In this document: piece after piece, positions 1 through 12,696 of the stretch
Position numbering within the stretch: position 1 is the first letter of the stretch
How the letters are laid out: each line of letters starts with the position of its first letter
NCBI RefSeq assembly: GCF_006345805.1
Contig: NC_043001.1
Coordinates: forward strand, 84,010,001 to 84,074,000
DNA length: 64,000 bases
Direction: 5' to 3'
Source of the DNA: Octopus sinensis
Lineage: Eukaryota
Position numbers and translations under genes: made by a program
Notes under the pieces: model-generated
What the model was told of the DNA's origin: nothing
Database searches by the model: none
What the model saw: the letters and a program-made list of their open reading frames with translations, nothing else

Positions 1-402
1 GCACAGCCTTTACTTGAGCGAATCGACCTCAGGACTTATTCTTTGTAAGCCTAGTACTTATTCTATCGGTCTCTTCTGCCGAACCGCTAAGTGACAGGGA
101 CGTAAACACACCAGCATCAAGCGATGTTTGGTGGGACAAACACAGACACACAAACATACACACACACACACACATATATATATACATATATTGTGTGTGT
201 GTATGTGTATATATATATCTATATATATATATATATACGATGGGCTTCTTTCAGTTTCCATCTACCAAATCCACTCACAGGGCTTTGGACGGCCCGAGGC
301 TATAGTAGAAGACACTTGCCCAAGGTGACATACAGTGGGACTGAACCCGGAACCATGTGGTTGGTAAGCAAGCTACTTACCACACAGCCACTCCTGCACC
401 TA
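1..402 (-). mobile_element. SINE family A (tRNA head + CORE-like block + internal microsatellite + 3' module), copy truncated by window edge
   Basis: Minus-strand head AGGTGCAGGAGTGGCTGTGTGGTAAG (A box) and GGTTCCGGGTTCAGTCCC (B box), then CCTTGGGCAAGTGTCTT; the same sequence recurs about 20 times in the window. Confidence 0.9.
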
Positions 403-427
403 TATGTGCATGTATGATAGAGCATGT

Positions 428-1318
428 CTTAAGAGAGAAAAATTGGGTACAAGAGGCATCGGACGAAGTGCACAAGAGAGAAGACTGTATGGTCACGTGA
501 TGCATATGGACGAGAACAGCTGCATAAAGAAGCGCTGATCTCTAATTGTGGAAGGAACCTGCAAAAGAGGTAGACCTACGAAGATGTGGAATAAAATGGT
601 GAAATGTAATCTTCGGATGTTGAGTCTCACAGAGGTGATGATAAGTGACCGGGTCTTCTGGCAATTTACTGTGCTTGAGAAGACATTTCAATCTTAGTGG
701 AATGGTGGTTGTGGCCTAGTAATAGGCGTAGGAGTGGCTGTGTGGTAAGTAGCTTGCTTACGAACCACATGGTTCCGGGTTCACTCCCACTGCGTGGCAC
801 CTTGGGCAAGTGTCTTCTACTATAGCCTTGGGCTGACCAAAGCCTTGTGAGTGGACTTGGTAGATGGAAACTGAAAGAAGCCCGTTGTAAGGCGGTGCTC
901 CAGCATGGCCACAGTTAAATGACTGAAACAAGTAAAGGAATAAAGGAGTACTGGTGACATGAGAATGACATCCATGCTAGTGACATGTAAAAGGTACCTG
1001 TACCAGCGATATGTTAAAAAGCACCCGTGCTAGTGACATGTGGGAGGCATGCGTGATGGTGACATGTAAAAAGGCAACCATGCTGTTGACACATAAAAGA
1101 TACCTGTGCCGGTGACACATAAATGGCTCCTAGTGGTTGGTGTTAGGAAGGGCATCCAGCCATAAAAATCAAGCCAAAACAGACTGGAACCTGGTGCAGT
1201 TCTCTGGCTTACCATATCCAGTTAAACTGTCTAACCCATGCCAGCATGGAAAACGGACATTATATGATAATGATGACAATGATGATGATGATGATGACAA
1301 TGAGGATGATGATGATGA
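428..1318 (+). mobile_element. RTE-clade LINE 3' end (ORF C-terminus + 3'UTR + (GAT)n tail), interrupted by SINE A
   Basis: 428-697 translates to REKLGTRGIGRSAQERRLYGHVMHMDENSCIKKR*SLIVEGTCKRGRPTKMW...DRVFWQFTVLEKT, the typical RTE C-terminus (YGHVxRM, RGRPxKxW). The 3'UTR contains GTTAGGAAGGGCATCCAGC and ends in GAT repeats. Confidence 0.8.
724..948 (+). mobile_element. SINE family A, internally deleted
   Basis: Head AGGCGTAGGAGTGGCTGTGTGG...GAAAGAAGCCCG joined directly to the terminal GGCGGTGCTCCAGCATGGCC...GAAACAAGTAAA. Confidence 0.85.
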
Positions 1319-1749
1319 CAGGCTTCTTTTAGTTTCCATGTACTAAATCCACTCACAAGGTTTTGGCTGGCCTTAGGTTATGGTACGAAACAATTGCCCA
1401 ACGTACCATGCAGTGTGATTGAACTCAGAACTATGTGGTTGGGAAGAAAACTTCTTACCACACATTAGACTATGGCCATACTGGGGCACCATCTTGAAGA
1501 ACTACTAGTCAAATGAATTGGTCCCAGTACTTATTTTTGTATTTTGAACCTGCAACTTATTCTATCAGTCACTTTTGCTGACCTGCTGAGATACAGGGAT
1601 GTAAACAAACCAGCATTGGTTGTCAAGTGCACCTACATATATATATACATACACATATACATAGATAGATACATACATACACATACATATATATAACATA
1701 CACTAACATATATAGTGCATACATACAAATACATCTACATACATGCATA

Positions 1750-2101
1750 TCATAATCATCATTTAATGTCCTTTGTCCATGCTGGCTGGCTTGAGTTGGA
1801 CGGTTAGATCAGGGCTGGTAAGCTGGAAGGCCACACAAGACTCCAGTCTGATTTGGCATGGTTTTCTATGGCTGGATGCCCTTCCTAATGCCAACTACTT
1901 CGAGAGTGTAATGAGTGCTTTTACACACCACCGGCACAAGTGCCATTTAGGTGACACCAGTATCTGCCACGACTACAATTTTTCTCGGTTTGATGGGTCT
2001 CCTTCTGAAGCATGACATAATGCCAAAGATCTTGGTCATTGCCTCTGTGAAGCCCATCATTTGAAAGGAACTTTGCCACTTTGCCTCTGTGAAGCCCAAC
2101 C
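1750..2101 (-). mobile_element. RTE 3' end (5'-truncated)
   Basis: Minus strand GFTEAMTKDLWHYVMLQK-like ORF end, then TTAGGAAGGGCATCCAGC and a (GAT)n tail. Confidence 0.75.
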
Positions 2102-2345
2102 CACATAGGTACATACATCATACCAAGGTACATATATCATGCACATATACGTGAACACACATACACTTGCATACACATATACATGCATACATATACAAAC
2201 ATACATACATGCTTACATACACACATACATATATACATACATACAGACAATCATAAATATACACATGCATATACATGCATATATATATATATATATATAT
2301 ATAATAACTCTTAGAGCGAGTTATAAACAGTAGCTGCAACACATT

Positions 2346-2630
2346 GTGACGTATATTTGCCATTTAAATATGACTAACCCCTAAGGGTGGATGCTACTGT
2401 AGTTTGTAGCCCCAGGAGGACACCTCCTCCAGCTGGCTTTAGACACACTTTCTGAGCCCTATCAGTGTTTGCAAAGGTAAGCCATCCTTCCCGTCTTCCC
2501 TTTGCAAACACTGATAAGACACAGAAAGTGTGTCTAAAGCCAGCTGGAGGAGGTGTCCTCCTGGGGCTACAAACTACAGTAGCATCCACCCTTAGGGGTT
2601 AGCCATATTTAAATGGCAAATATACATCAC
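2346..2630. repeat. About 285-bp fold-back palindrome (MITE-like), copy 1
   Basis: GTGACGTATATTTGCC...CACACTTTCTG mirrored by CAGAAAGTGTG...GGCAAATATACATCAC, with an inner pair TATCAGTGTTTGCAAAGG/CCTTTGCAAACACTGATA. Confidence 0.9.
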
Positions 2631-2631
2631 G

Positions 2632-2683
<52 letters not shown>

Positions 2684-2723
2684 ATAAATCTTAGAGCAAG
2701 TTATAAACAGTAGCTGCAACACT

Positions 2724-3009
2724 TCGTGACGTATATTTGCGATTTAAATATGGCTAACCCCTAAGGGTGGATGCTACTGTAGTTTGGAGCCCCAATAGGA
2801 CACCTCCTACATCTGGCTTTAGACACACTTTCTGAGCCCTATCAGTGTTTGCAAAGGTAAGACATCCTTCCCGTCTTCCCTTTGCAAACACTGATAAGAC
2901 ACAGAAAGTGTGTCTAAAGCCAGCTGGAGGAGGTGTCCTCCTGGGGCTACAAACTACAGTAGCATCCACCCTTAGGGGTTAGCCATATTTAAATGGCAAA
3001 TATACATCA

Positions 3010-3012
<3 letters not shown>
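2724..3012. repeat. Fold-back palindrome, tandem copy 2
   Basis: Near-identical to 2346-2630; the repeat unit is about 380 bp and ends in (TA)n. Confidence 0.9.
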
Positions 3013-3043
<31 letters not shown>

Positions 3044-3651
3044 CACATATAGATACACACATGCATGCGCACATGCATAGACACACACACGCATGCACAG
3101 ACACGATCACAAACAAGTTCTCATAGTATTATGATCTGCCATACAAAGGTCACATTATTCTCAGAGCAAAACCAAGGAGAGATGTAAATAAAAAGAATAG
3201 TTTTTACAAAACTGGACAAAGTTCTGAAGGCCTAAATTTTAAGCTTAGTCAATACCAAATTAGTCATTTTTTCTGCATCCCTCCTCCTCCTCCTCCTCCT
3301 CCTCTGTCTTATTCTTCTTTGTCTCTTTCTTTTGTCTTATCCTCCTCCTCCTTTTTTAGCCAAAGTTCAGACCTACATTCAAAGTTGTTCCAACCATGAC
3401 ACAGTTTAAATCTTTTTTATGCATTTCCATGCCCTCCCCTTCCTTTTTCTTTTTTTGTTTTGTTTTTCAAGGCAGTTCAGCAAGATCCAACAGGGATTTG
3501 GTTGCTATTTCTAACATTCTCAGTGACAATGTAGAAACTTCCTTTATTGACTAGTGACCTCTAGTAACCAATACCAGACTGATCTGCTTTAGATAATCAT
3601 GTTAATCAGAACCACCTGTTTTTTGTTGGACTATTTCTATTATTATCATTA

Positions 3652-3687
<36 letters not shown>

Positions 3688-3706
3688 TATTATTATTATT
3701 ATTATT

Positions 3707-3905
3707 AAGGTGATGAGCTGGCTGAATTGTTAGCAAGCCAGATGAAATGCTTAGTGGTATTTCATCTGCTTAGTGGTATTTCACATTCTGGATTCAAATT
3801 TCACTGAGGTCGACTTTGCTTTTCATTCTTTTGGAGTTGAGGAATTAAGTACCAGTTGAGTACTGGAGTTGATGTAATTGACTGGTCCCCTCCCCCAAAA
3901 TTTCA
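3707..3905 (+). mobile_element. SINE family B (tRNA head + Meta-like central block), diverged
   Basis: GAGCTGGCTGAATTGTTAGC...GGATTCAAATTTCACTGAGGTCGACTTTGCTTTTCATTCTTTTGG...AAGTACCAGTT. Confidence 0.8.
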
Positions 3906-3909
3906 GATA

Positions 3910-4385
3910 CAAAGTCCAGTATACCCATCATGACTACCCGTCTGATAAGGGCACACCAGGCACATGCATCACAACCATATGTGCTCGACATGATTTCATA
4001 TCAAGATAAACAGTGCATGACCTTGCAGGTGGGGTCCAGTTAGAATTTTCTTCAGGTCGAGTAGCCCATCCCACTCAAAAGGTCCTTGAATAAGGATTAA
4101 GGATGTTGAACGAAACACCCCTGTTTCCAAAGGTGAATTATCCAAACCCCAAAGAATCCCTCTCAACACACTACTGCTCGTGATCAGAGATGCACATATC
4201 ATCAGCCACTAAGGGACATGCTCAACTGGTTAAGGTCAAACAACTGACAAGCAAATCTGTGGTATTGAGCAGAATATTTGCTGTAGCCCATCTTTTATAC
4301 CAAGACAAAACAATGTACATGATAACACTTGCAATCAGTTAAGATCAGAAGCCATGAGAGCCACTGCCTGGTACTGCATCAGGGC
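3910..4385 (-). mobile_element. Family C retroposon, 3'-truncated
   Basis: Collinear with 4778-5115, 57806-58346 and 63565-64000; followed by (TTA)n/(TTC)n. Confidence 0.85.
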
Positions 4386-4447
4386 ATTTATTATTATTAT
4401 TATCATAATTTATCTTCTTCTTCTTTCTTCTTCTTCTTCTTCTTCTT

Positions 4448-4478
<31 letters not shown>

Positions 4479-4520
4479 TTATTATTATTATCATTATTAG
4501 TGTTAGTAGTAGTAGTATAA

Positions 4521-4730
4521 AGGTGGTGAGCTGGCAGAATTGTTAGCATGCTGGACGGAATGCTTTGTGATATTTCACCCATTGCTACATTCTGAGTTAA
4601 AATTCCACCGAGGTTGACTTTGCCTTTCATCCTTTCCGGGTCAATAAAATAAGTACCAGTTGAACACTGGGTCAATGTAATTGACTCATCACCTCTCCCA
4701 AAATTGCTGCCCTTGTGGCAAAATTTGAAA
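4521..4730 (+). mobile_element. SINE family B
   Basis: GGTGAGCTGGCAGAATTGTTAGC...TTCTGAGTTAAAATTCCACCGAGGTTGACTTTGCCTTTCATCC. Confidence 0.85.
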
Positions 4731-4731
4731 C

Positions 4732-4777
<46 letters not shown>

Positions 4778-5115
4778 GAGTGAGAGAGCAGTGCATGCCA
4801 TCAAAGTGACACCGGGGTAAAATATACAAAGCCCAGCATACCCATCATGACTACCCGTCTGATAAGGGCACACCAGGCACATGCATCACAACCATATGTG
4901 CTCGATGTGATTTCATATCAAGATAAGCAGTGCATGACCTTGCAGGTGGGGTCCAATTAGAATTTTCTTCAGGTCGAGTAGCTCATCCCACTCAAAAGGT
5001 CCTTGAATAAGGATTAAGGATGTTGAACGAAACATCCCTGTTTCCAAAGGTGAATTATCCAAACCCCAAAGAATTCCTCTCAATACATGGTTATGATGCT
5101 CCCCCACTACTTCTG
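4778..5115 (-). mobile_element. Family C retroposon with (AAT)n tail, 5'-truncated
   Basis: (TTA)n at about 4733-4777, then GAGTGAGAGAGCAGTGCATGCCATCAAAGTGACAC, shared with the other copies. Confidence 0.85.
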
Positions 5116-5341
5116 ATAAATTCACTTTAGAGTTTCACCCTGTTATGTGGATAGTGGATGGAGGATATCCTGAGAAAAAGACAACAAAATAATAATGCTT
5201 ATCTACAAAGAGTGGATAAGTTCAATATATGTCCATTACCAGTTTTTCATCTTCAATCTCATTGTTTGCTTACATCTGGCATCTGGGATATAAAACATCG
5301 TAACAAAAATCAGTGCCGGCAAATATTTCTATAGAACATTT

Positions 5342-5595
5342 ACTCTTTTACTCTTTTACTTGTTTCAGTCATTTGACTGTGACCATGCTGGAGCACCACC
5401 TTTAGATGAACAAATCGACCCCAAAACTTATTCTTTGCAAGCCTAGTACTTATTCTATCAGTTTCTGTTGCCAAACTGCTAAGTTACGGGGACGTAAACA
5501 CACCAGCACCGGTTGTCAGGTGATGTTGGGAGGGACAAACACACACAAACACACACACACACACATGTATATCCGACAGGCTTCTTTCAGTTTCT
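5342..5595 (-). mobile_element. SINE family A, 3' half
   Basis: CTCTTTTACTTGTTTCAGTCATTTGACTG...GACAGGCTTCTTTCAGTTTC. Confidence 0.85.
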
Positions 5596-5885
5596 GTCTA
5601 TGTATGAAACAAATTTATAAAGTTTAAAACCATTTTATTATTATGAAACACAGCAATTTGTTTACCCACTTTTTTTCAATTTTCATAAACCTCTCCTCTC
5701 ATGTAATATTAGATGATATGGGAGGTGTGAAAATATCTTGATGCAGGAGTAAGACCCATATGAAGTACTGCTCACATATTTGAAGTAATTATGCCAACAC
5801 ACACACACACAAACACACACACACATGCATGCATGCACACAAAAATACATACACATAAACAAACATGCACACACACTAACATATA

Positions 5886-6093
5886 CTCTTTACTCTTTTA
5901 CTTGTTTCAGTCATTTGACTGCGGCCATGCTGGAGCACCACCTTTAGTCGAGCAAATCGACCCCGGGACTTATTCTTTGTAAGCCCAGTACTTATTCTAT
6001 CAGTCTCTTTTGCCGAACCGCTAAGTGACGGGGACGTAAACACACCAGCATCGGTTGTCAAGCAATGCTAGGGGGACAAACACAGACACACAA

Positions 6094-6126
<33 letters not shown>

Positions 6127-6299
6127 CATATATATGACAGGCTTCTTTCAGTTTCCGTCTACCAAATCCACTCACAAGGCATTGGTCGGCCCGGGGCTAT
6201 AGCAGAAGACACTTGCCCAAGATGCCACGCAGTGGGACTGAACCCGGAACCATGTGGTTGTTTAGCAAGCTACTTACCACACAGCCACTCCTGCGCCTA
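5886..6299 (-). mobile_element. SINE family A, full length, young subfamily
   Basis: Complete head and tail; diagnostic GCAATGCTAGGGG, AAGGCATTGG, TATAGCAGAAG, CCCAAGATG. Confidence 0.92.
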
Positions 6300-6515
6300 T
6301 AAGAATGTATTGAAAAGTTCCTGGCTTTGGGTAAAAAGAAATACAGGAGATCAGTTAATTATGATTTTATTGAACACATTTCCCTCTCGGATTCGCAAAC
6401 TTATTGCAGCAACCTTTCATTTCTTCTAAGCCCTGTAAAAGAACTCAGAAATTAGGGCCTCCAACAAGGCTTTACACAATACCCTTAACCCCAGGAACTT
6501 TTCAGCACACCCTTG
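6300..6515. mobile_element. Tc1/mariner-type MITE
   Basis: Imperfect TIRs TAAGAATGTATTGAAAAGTTCCTGG / CCAGGAACTTTTCAGCACACCCTTG, flanked by TA on both sides. Confidence 0.7.
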
Positions 6516-6784
6516 TACATAGTCATTCTAAAAAAAAAAAGACCATTCAGTTGGTCATTATTCAATTTATTGTGGTGTCAGGGTTACCATTTTGTAGTGG
6601 TAATGTCGATTAAATGACACACTGTAATTTAATGAGTATGAGAGAAAAAGGGGTCACCATCTTGTACATAGTAACAAGAAAATAGGATTTCGTGAGACGT
6701 TTATAATAAATCATGACATATTTATGACTGGAGGTAATGCGTTAACATATAAGGTTAATTGAAGGAAAGTTTATAACATTACAT

Positions 6785-6968
6785 GAGCTGGCAGAAACGT
6801 TAGCGTGCCGGGCGAAAATCTTAGCAGTATTTCGTCTGTCGTTACATTCTGAGTTCAAATTCCGCCAAGGTCGATAAATAAAGTACCAGTTTCACACTGG
6901 GGTCGATGTAATCGTCTTAATCCCTTTGTATGTCCTTGTTTGTCCCCTTGTGGGCAGTAAAGAAATAT
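6785..6968 (+). mobile_element. SINE family B, internally deleted
   Basis: GAGCTGGCAGAAACGTTAGC...GTTCTGAGTTCAAATTCC-like B box...CCCCTTGTGGGCAGTAAAGAAATA tail. Confidence 0.88.
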
Positions 6969-7480
6969 ATATTCTGTTTGCAATCACATGTCTCCAAGTA
7001 AGTGAGGCGAACGTGCACGTGAGCTGGTGTGTAAATGTGGCAGCTTGACCCAATGCATGTTGAAGAATCAACAGGCATTCAATGGTGCAAATTTAGAAAT
7101 TCCTTCTTTTATATAAAGGATGAACCGGAAGTCCCCGACGTCCACCTAAACCAGAAACTTCCAGAATGCTTAAGAACTTTCTAGAAGCTCAAGGGAGATT
7201 ACTCTCGTTAAATCCCTTTTCCATTTTGCTTCCTAACATGACCGCCAGGATTCACTACAAATTCCTACCTCACATCTATGCCTTTTCTTCTCTTTCCTTA
7301 TCCAATCTGTACCACTTATCATATAGGTGCAGCTGTTTCTTCTCATTGACTCTGCTATCACTATTATAATAGTCCCCCTTCTATACAAACTAGTTGTGCA
7401 CCCTTATCAGTTACACTCATTCATTCCACTAGTCTCTTCTACCATCACTCTTACTATGTCTTATCTCACTGATCAGTGAA

Positions 7481-7812
7481 GGCACATGGCTCAGTGGTTA
7501 GAGCACCGAGCTTATGATCGTGAGGTTGTGAGCTCGAATCCCAGACCAGGCTGCATGTGTTCTTGAGCAAGACACTTTATTTCATGTTGCTCCAGTTCAC
7601 TCAGCTGTAGAAATGAGTTGCAACATCACAGGTGCCAAGCTGTTATCTACTGATGCCTTTCCCTTGGATAACACTGGTGGTGTGGAGAGGGGAGGCCGGT
7701 ATGCATGGGCGACTACTGATCTTCCATAAACAACCTTGCTCGGACTTGTGCCTGGGAAGGTAACTTTCTAGGTGCAATCCCATGGTCTGTGTCATGACCG
7801 AAGGTGGGGGTC
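7481..7812 (+). mobile_element. tRNA-derived SINE, third family
   Basis: A box TGGCTCAGTGG and B box GAGCTCGAATCCC, then GTGTTCTTGAGCAAGACACTT...CCAGTTCACTCAGCTGTAGAAATGAGT. Superfamily (Deu/Nin-like) not confirmed. Confidence 0.7.
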
Positions 7813-8647
7813 TCAGATCTCACAGATCCCTTACTGAATATACTCTTTATCCATTCCCTCATGACCAGAAGTGTAGCACATTGGAATTCTCTGTCCATCA
7901 ACATTTTTACTACTTTAGCATTTAAACTAGCCATATCCAACCCAAATATTCAACCAGCTCCATATTCAAACTGACCACATCTGACTGCACACTTACCTTA
8001 CAACATCATTCTAAAAATAATCACTTCATTAAAATCTTGAAGCTATGAGATAATGCATTATTAATTTGGAACAATATTAATAAACAAGCAATACATTCGA
8101 CAGTGTAGTCTGAATGTTTCATGCTCAAGCTGAGCATCAAAGATACTGGCGATTTTACAGATCAGCAAAGGAGTGAGGTCCTGTTAAAGTCATGGGTACT
8201 TTCTCTCTTTCTCTGACTAATTTATAAAAAGAAAATTGCAAAGAATAGATAATTAGTCAAATTCTGACCCAATATCTTTGACTTCCTGCAAGCTATAAGT
8301 AATCTCTAATGCATCTTTTGCTTGTTTCAATCATTGTACTGTGGCCATGCTGGGGCATTGCCTTGAAGGATTTTACTCAAATGAGTTGACCCTAAGTGCT
8401 TATAATTTTTAAAAACCTGGTACTTATTCTATCAGTCACTTTTGCTGAACCGTTAAGTTATGAAGATGTAAACACACCAAAACTGGTTGTCAAGTAACAG
8501 TGGGAAATAAATGGACACTTGCACATGCACATGCATATGTGTGTGTGTGTGTGTAGATGTGTATATATGTGTATCATCATCATCATTGTTTAACATTCGC
8601 CTTCCAAGCTGGCATGGGTTGGACATATTTACATACATTTTATTTAT

Positions 8648-8803
8648 ATATAAGAGAAGAAAATGGATATAATAACAATGGGAAACTCATGGTTTATGCT
8701 GACATATCTTTAATTAAATAGGTAACAAAGAAGTAAGAAGCAGAGATGCCAGCGTAAACCATGAGTTTTCCATTGTTATTATATCCATTTTCTTCTCTTA
8801 TAT
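8648..8803. repeat. Inverted repeat, about 58-bp arms
   Basis: TATAAGAGAAGAAAATGGATATAATAACAATGG...GCTGACAT vs ATGCCAGCG...CCATTTTCTTCTCTTATA. Confidence 0.85.
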
Positions 8804-8966
8804 AACCTAAACTTCGGTTTACCAACTGAACCACTTGCTACCGTGCAATCTTTCAAAAGACTGTACCTACCCAGCTCATAACCAGGAGCGACTCTGGATT
8901 TAATTATCCCTTAGAGGTATTAAACTCCTCTAACTTGATACCTATATATATATATAATATATATAT

Positions 8967-9367
8967 AGGCGCAGGAGTGGCTGTGTGGTAAGTAGCTTGC
9001 TTACCAACCACATGGTTCCGGGTTCAGTCCCACTACGTGGCATCTTGGGCAAGTGTCTTCTGCTATAGCCCCGGGCCGACCAATGCCTTGTGAGTGGATT
9101 TGGTAGACGGAAACTGAAAGAAGCCTGTCGTATATGTATATATATATATGTGTGTGTGTGTTTCTGTGTCTGTGTTTGTCCCCCTAGCATTGATTGACAA
9201 CCGATGTTGGTATGTTTACGTCCTCGTCACTTAGCGGTTCGGCAAAAGAGACCGATAAAATAAGTACTGGGCTTACAAAGAATAAGTCTCGGGGTCGATT
9301 TGCTCGACTAAAGGCGTTGCTCCAGCATGGCCGCAGTCAAATGACTGAAACAAGTAAAAGAGTAAAA
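8967..9367 (+). mobile_element. SINE family A, full length, young subfamily
   Basis: Head follows (TA)n; carries the same diagnostic positions as 5886-6299. Confidence 0.92.
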
Positions 9368-9477
9368 AGAAAGAGTATAGTTAATCCAAACAAGAAAACA
9401 CAAAAAAATACAACAACGCGAGGACGTGGAACAAATATAGTATTATTGGACGCTCAGGAAAGAAGGGAAGAAGGAGG

Positions 9478-9512
9478 GTTTAACGTTTCGAGCGGAGCTC
9501 TTCGTCGGAAAC
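9478..9512 (-). ncRNA. Minimal hammerhead-like motif (variant core CCGACGA) in a PLE-type repeat at about 9375-9590
   Basis: GTTT-CCGACGA-A-GAGC-TCC-GCTC-GAAAC-GT-T-AAAC: stem I GTTT/AAAC, stem II GAGC/GCTC, palindromic ACGT helix III. Confidence 0.5.
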
Positions 9513-10574
9513 ATAGGAGAAGGAAAGATCCAGAGAAGGGAAGACAGAGGAAAAAAAATTGCCAACGGTACACACGAGGTCACATTTTGAAAGACCGGAA
9601 GGAGAACAGGCTTCTTCCAGTTTCTTTGCACAAGATTTTAGTTGGCCTTAGGCAATAATAGAAGACACTTGCCCAAGGTGGCATGCAGTCGAACTGAACA
9701 TGGAACCATTTGGTTAGAAAGCAAACTTCCTTCCACATATGCTTGTGCCTGTTGTAAAGTAATAAAAAAAAAATATATATAATCTAAAAACTCAAGGTAC
9801 ATTTTAGCTCTCATTACTTTTTAGCTTTCATAGTAATCAGATAAGAGGCAAATGGAACATGCTTTGATCAGATTACTACATATCTGCTACTCCTCCTTTA
9901 CAAGCCACAAAATACCCCATATTGTAATGTACTGAGAATATATAGAATCCACAAACTGAAAGTGCTTTTTAGTCTGCAGTACTATGGTCTTCATCAGATA
10001 AGAAACAAATGGAACAGAATTGCTATCAATGGCTATACCTACCAAATGATCTGTTTTCTCTTCTCCTCTATATCAAAACACAGTTATGTGAACTAGGGTA
10101 AAGTAGAATAACGTGTTCTGTCCAGAAATGCCCTGATTTCAATTCACAATCTCTGGTTTTCTAAATATATATGTACAATGGTTCTTTCAAAGCATGGTGC
10201 TTAGCTCTGGTTTTCAGACAATTTTTAAAGAGCAATAAATTTAAATAAGAGATAAATTTAAGGTTTTGTTTTAAGAGCATAAGAGATAAATTGCATACTT
10301 CATAAGCTGATGGGGGCTAAATTTTAAAGATTTATGAAATGATAAAAATGAATTTTAAAGTTTTTCATAAGCCTGTGAGGTGAAATGTATAGTTTTTCAA
10401 GGAGATGAGAAGTAATTTTTAGATTTGCAAGAGTTTTAAGGGGTTGGGGCAAGGCTGTATTAAGACCCACATACATACATACATACATACATACATACGT
10501 ACATACATACATACATACATACATACATACATACATACATACATAAACAGACAGACAAATAGATAGATAAGTAT

Positions 10575-10950
10575 CATCATCTTTGTAATCATTTAATGTC
10601 CATTTTTCACACTGGTATAGGTTGGATAGTTTGGTAGGAGCTGGTTAGCTGGGAAGCTGTACCAGGCTCCAATTGTCTGTTTCCACATGGTTTCTATGAC
10701 TGGTTACCCTTCCTAGTGCCAACCACTTTACAGAGTGTATAGGATGACTTTTTATGTGGCACCAGCACAAATACTTTAGATGTGGATTTGGCACGGGTGC
10801 TTTGTATGTGGCACTGGCATGAGTACTTTTTACATGGCGCCATCAGGGGTGCTTCTTATGTGGAACTGGTGAGAATGCATCATATGTGGAATTGGCACAG
10901 GTGCTTTTTACTAGGTAGTGGCTTAGGCACCTTTATGTAGTACTGGCATG
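10575..10950 (-). mobile_element. RTE 3'UTR copy with internal sub-repeats
   Basis: ATCATC tail, CCTTCCTAGTGCCAACCAC, and repeated ATGTGGCAC(C/T)(A/G)GCA units. Confidence 0.7.
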
Positions 10951-11096
10951 TAAAGAGAAAGAGTGAAAGAGAGAGAAAGAGAGAAAGACAGAGAGAGATG
11001 CACCCATACTTAGTATTCCTTTTCAGGTGAACAGACTGGAGCAATGTTAAATGAAGGGCCTCAATGTACTGCTCAGTCCCAGAATTGAACACAAGA

Positions 11097-11328
11097 AGGC
11101 AGCAATCTAGCAGAATCGTTAGCATGCAGGGCGAAATGCTTAGCAGTATTTTGTCCGCCATCATGTTCTGAGTTCAAATTCCGCTGAGGTTGACTTTGCC
11201 TTTCATCCTTTTGGGGTCGATAAATTAAGTACCAGTCACACACTGGGGTCAATATAATCAACTTAATCCCTTTGTCTGTCCTTGTTTGTCCCCTCTGTGT
11301 TTAGCCCCCTGTGGGAAATAAAGAAATA
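11097..11328 (+). mobile_element. SINE family B, full length
   Basis: GCAGAATCGTTAGC...GTTCTGAGTTCAAATTCC...CCCCCTGTGGGAAATAAAGAAATA. Confidence 0.9.
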
Positions 11329-11506
11329 AGAATTGAACACATAAACCTTATGTTGGGAGCCCAACACTTTAACTGCTAGACCTTACTATTTCAGTGTTAT
11401 TTTAAGAAATACTTTGAAATGCCAAGTAAGGATTTGAACTGTTGACCTCTCATAAGGTAGTCTCTACTAACTTATCTATTTGACTGCACCCTTCTCTCTC
11501 AGCCAA

Positions 11507-12030
11507 CTTAAATCTGCTATTGACCACATAATTTCTGGCTGTCCAGTCCTTGGCAAGACCAAATATATACACAGTCGCAAGTGAGATGGTAGCTATGTTT
11601 ACTTGGCAATATGCCAACATTTCAATGTGAAAATGGACACAAAACAGTATTAAAAAAATCAAACGCAAAACATGACAATAACCTAGCTACAATCCTCTAG
11701 GGCATACCTATTTAAACTGACAAGAAAATAAGAAAGAAAATTAAAAACAATCTTTCCGGATATAAATAATCTAGGATTTGAATGAAAATATCTGCAAACT
11801 GATAGATTTCATGATCCTTTCTAATCAAAATATTGCCAAAAAGAAGGTCAAAATAGAAAGATCTTGAAACTGAACCAAACAGGATGTGGGTGTATAAAAA
11901 TTAAAAAGAGTATTAATGGCAACTGAGACATAGGTATGATTTTATAAATATAAATGAAAATATAGAATCCAGGGCTCATAAAATTATGCACAGTTCCCAA
12001 AAGCAACACTACTAGGTACAGTCTGCATCT
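11507..12030 (+). mobile_element. Decayed R4/Dong-clade LINE C-terminus (zinc knuckle + restriction-like endonuclease)
   Basis: Fragments IDHIISGCPVLGKTKYIH, ATIL*GIPI*TDKKI, LIDFMILSNQNI, DLETEPNRMW and QKATLLGT match the recalled R4-type HIxSGC..RHD/PD..D/LGT motifs; many stops and frameshifts. Confidence 0.7.
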
Positions 12031-12194
12031 ATATAAACACTTTTAATTTAGTGGTACAACTGAAACAGGGCACACTCTCCACCCACAACACAGACTCTAT
12101 ACAATAACTGGCAAATATAATAACACAACCCATTTAACAAAAAAAAAAAACTCAGCAAATAATGTAAGACAACTCACACAACACATATACACCC

Positions 12195-12530
12195 TCTTTT
12201 ACTCTTTTACTTGTTTCAGTCATTTGACTGCGACCATGCTGGAGTGCCGCCTTTAGTTGAGCAAATTGACCCCAGGACTTATTCTTTGTAAGCCTAGTAC
12301 TTATTCTATCGGTATCTTTTGCCGAACCGCTAAGTTACGGGGACGTAAACACACCAGCATCGGTTGTCAAGTGATGTGGGGGGACAAACACAGACACACA
12401 AACACAGACACATATATATATACATATACATATATACAACAGGCTTCTTTCAGTTTTTGTCTACCAATCCACTCACAAGGCTTTGGTCGGCCCAAGCCTA
12501 CAGTTGAAGACACTTGCCCAAAGTGTCACG
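12195..12530 (-). mobile_element. SINE family A, head truncated
   Basis: Tail and body match family A up to GCCCAAAGTGTCACG. Confidence 0.85.
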
Positions 12531-12544
12531 TAGTTTTTTTACTG

Positions 12545-12661
<117 letters not shown>

Positions 12662-12696
12662 CATCAACATCAAAAAATAATCAAATGGAAATTGTA

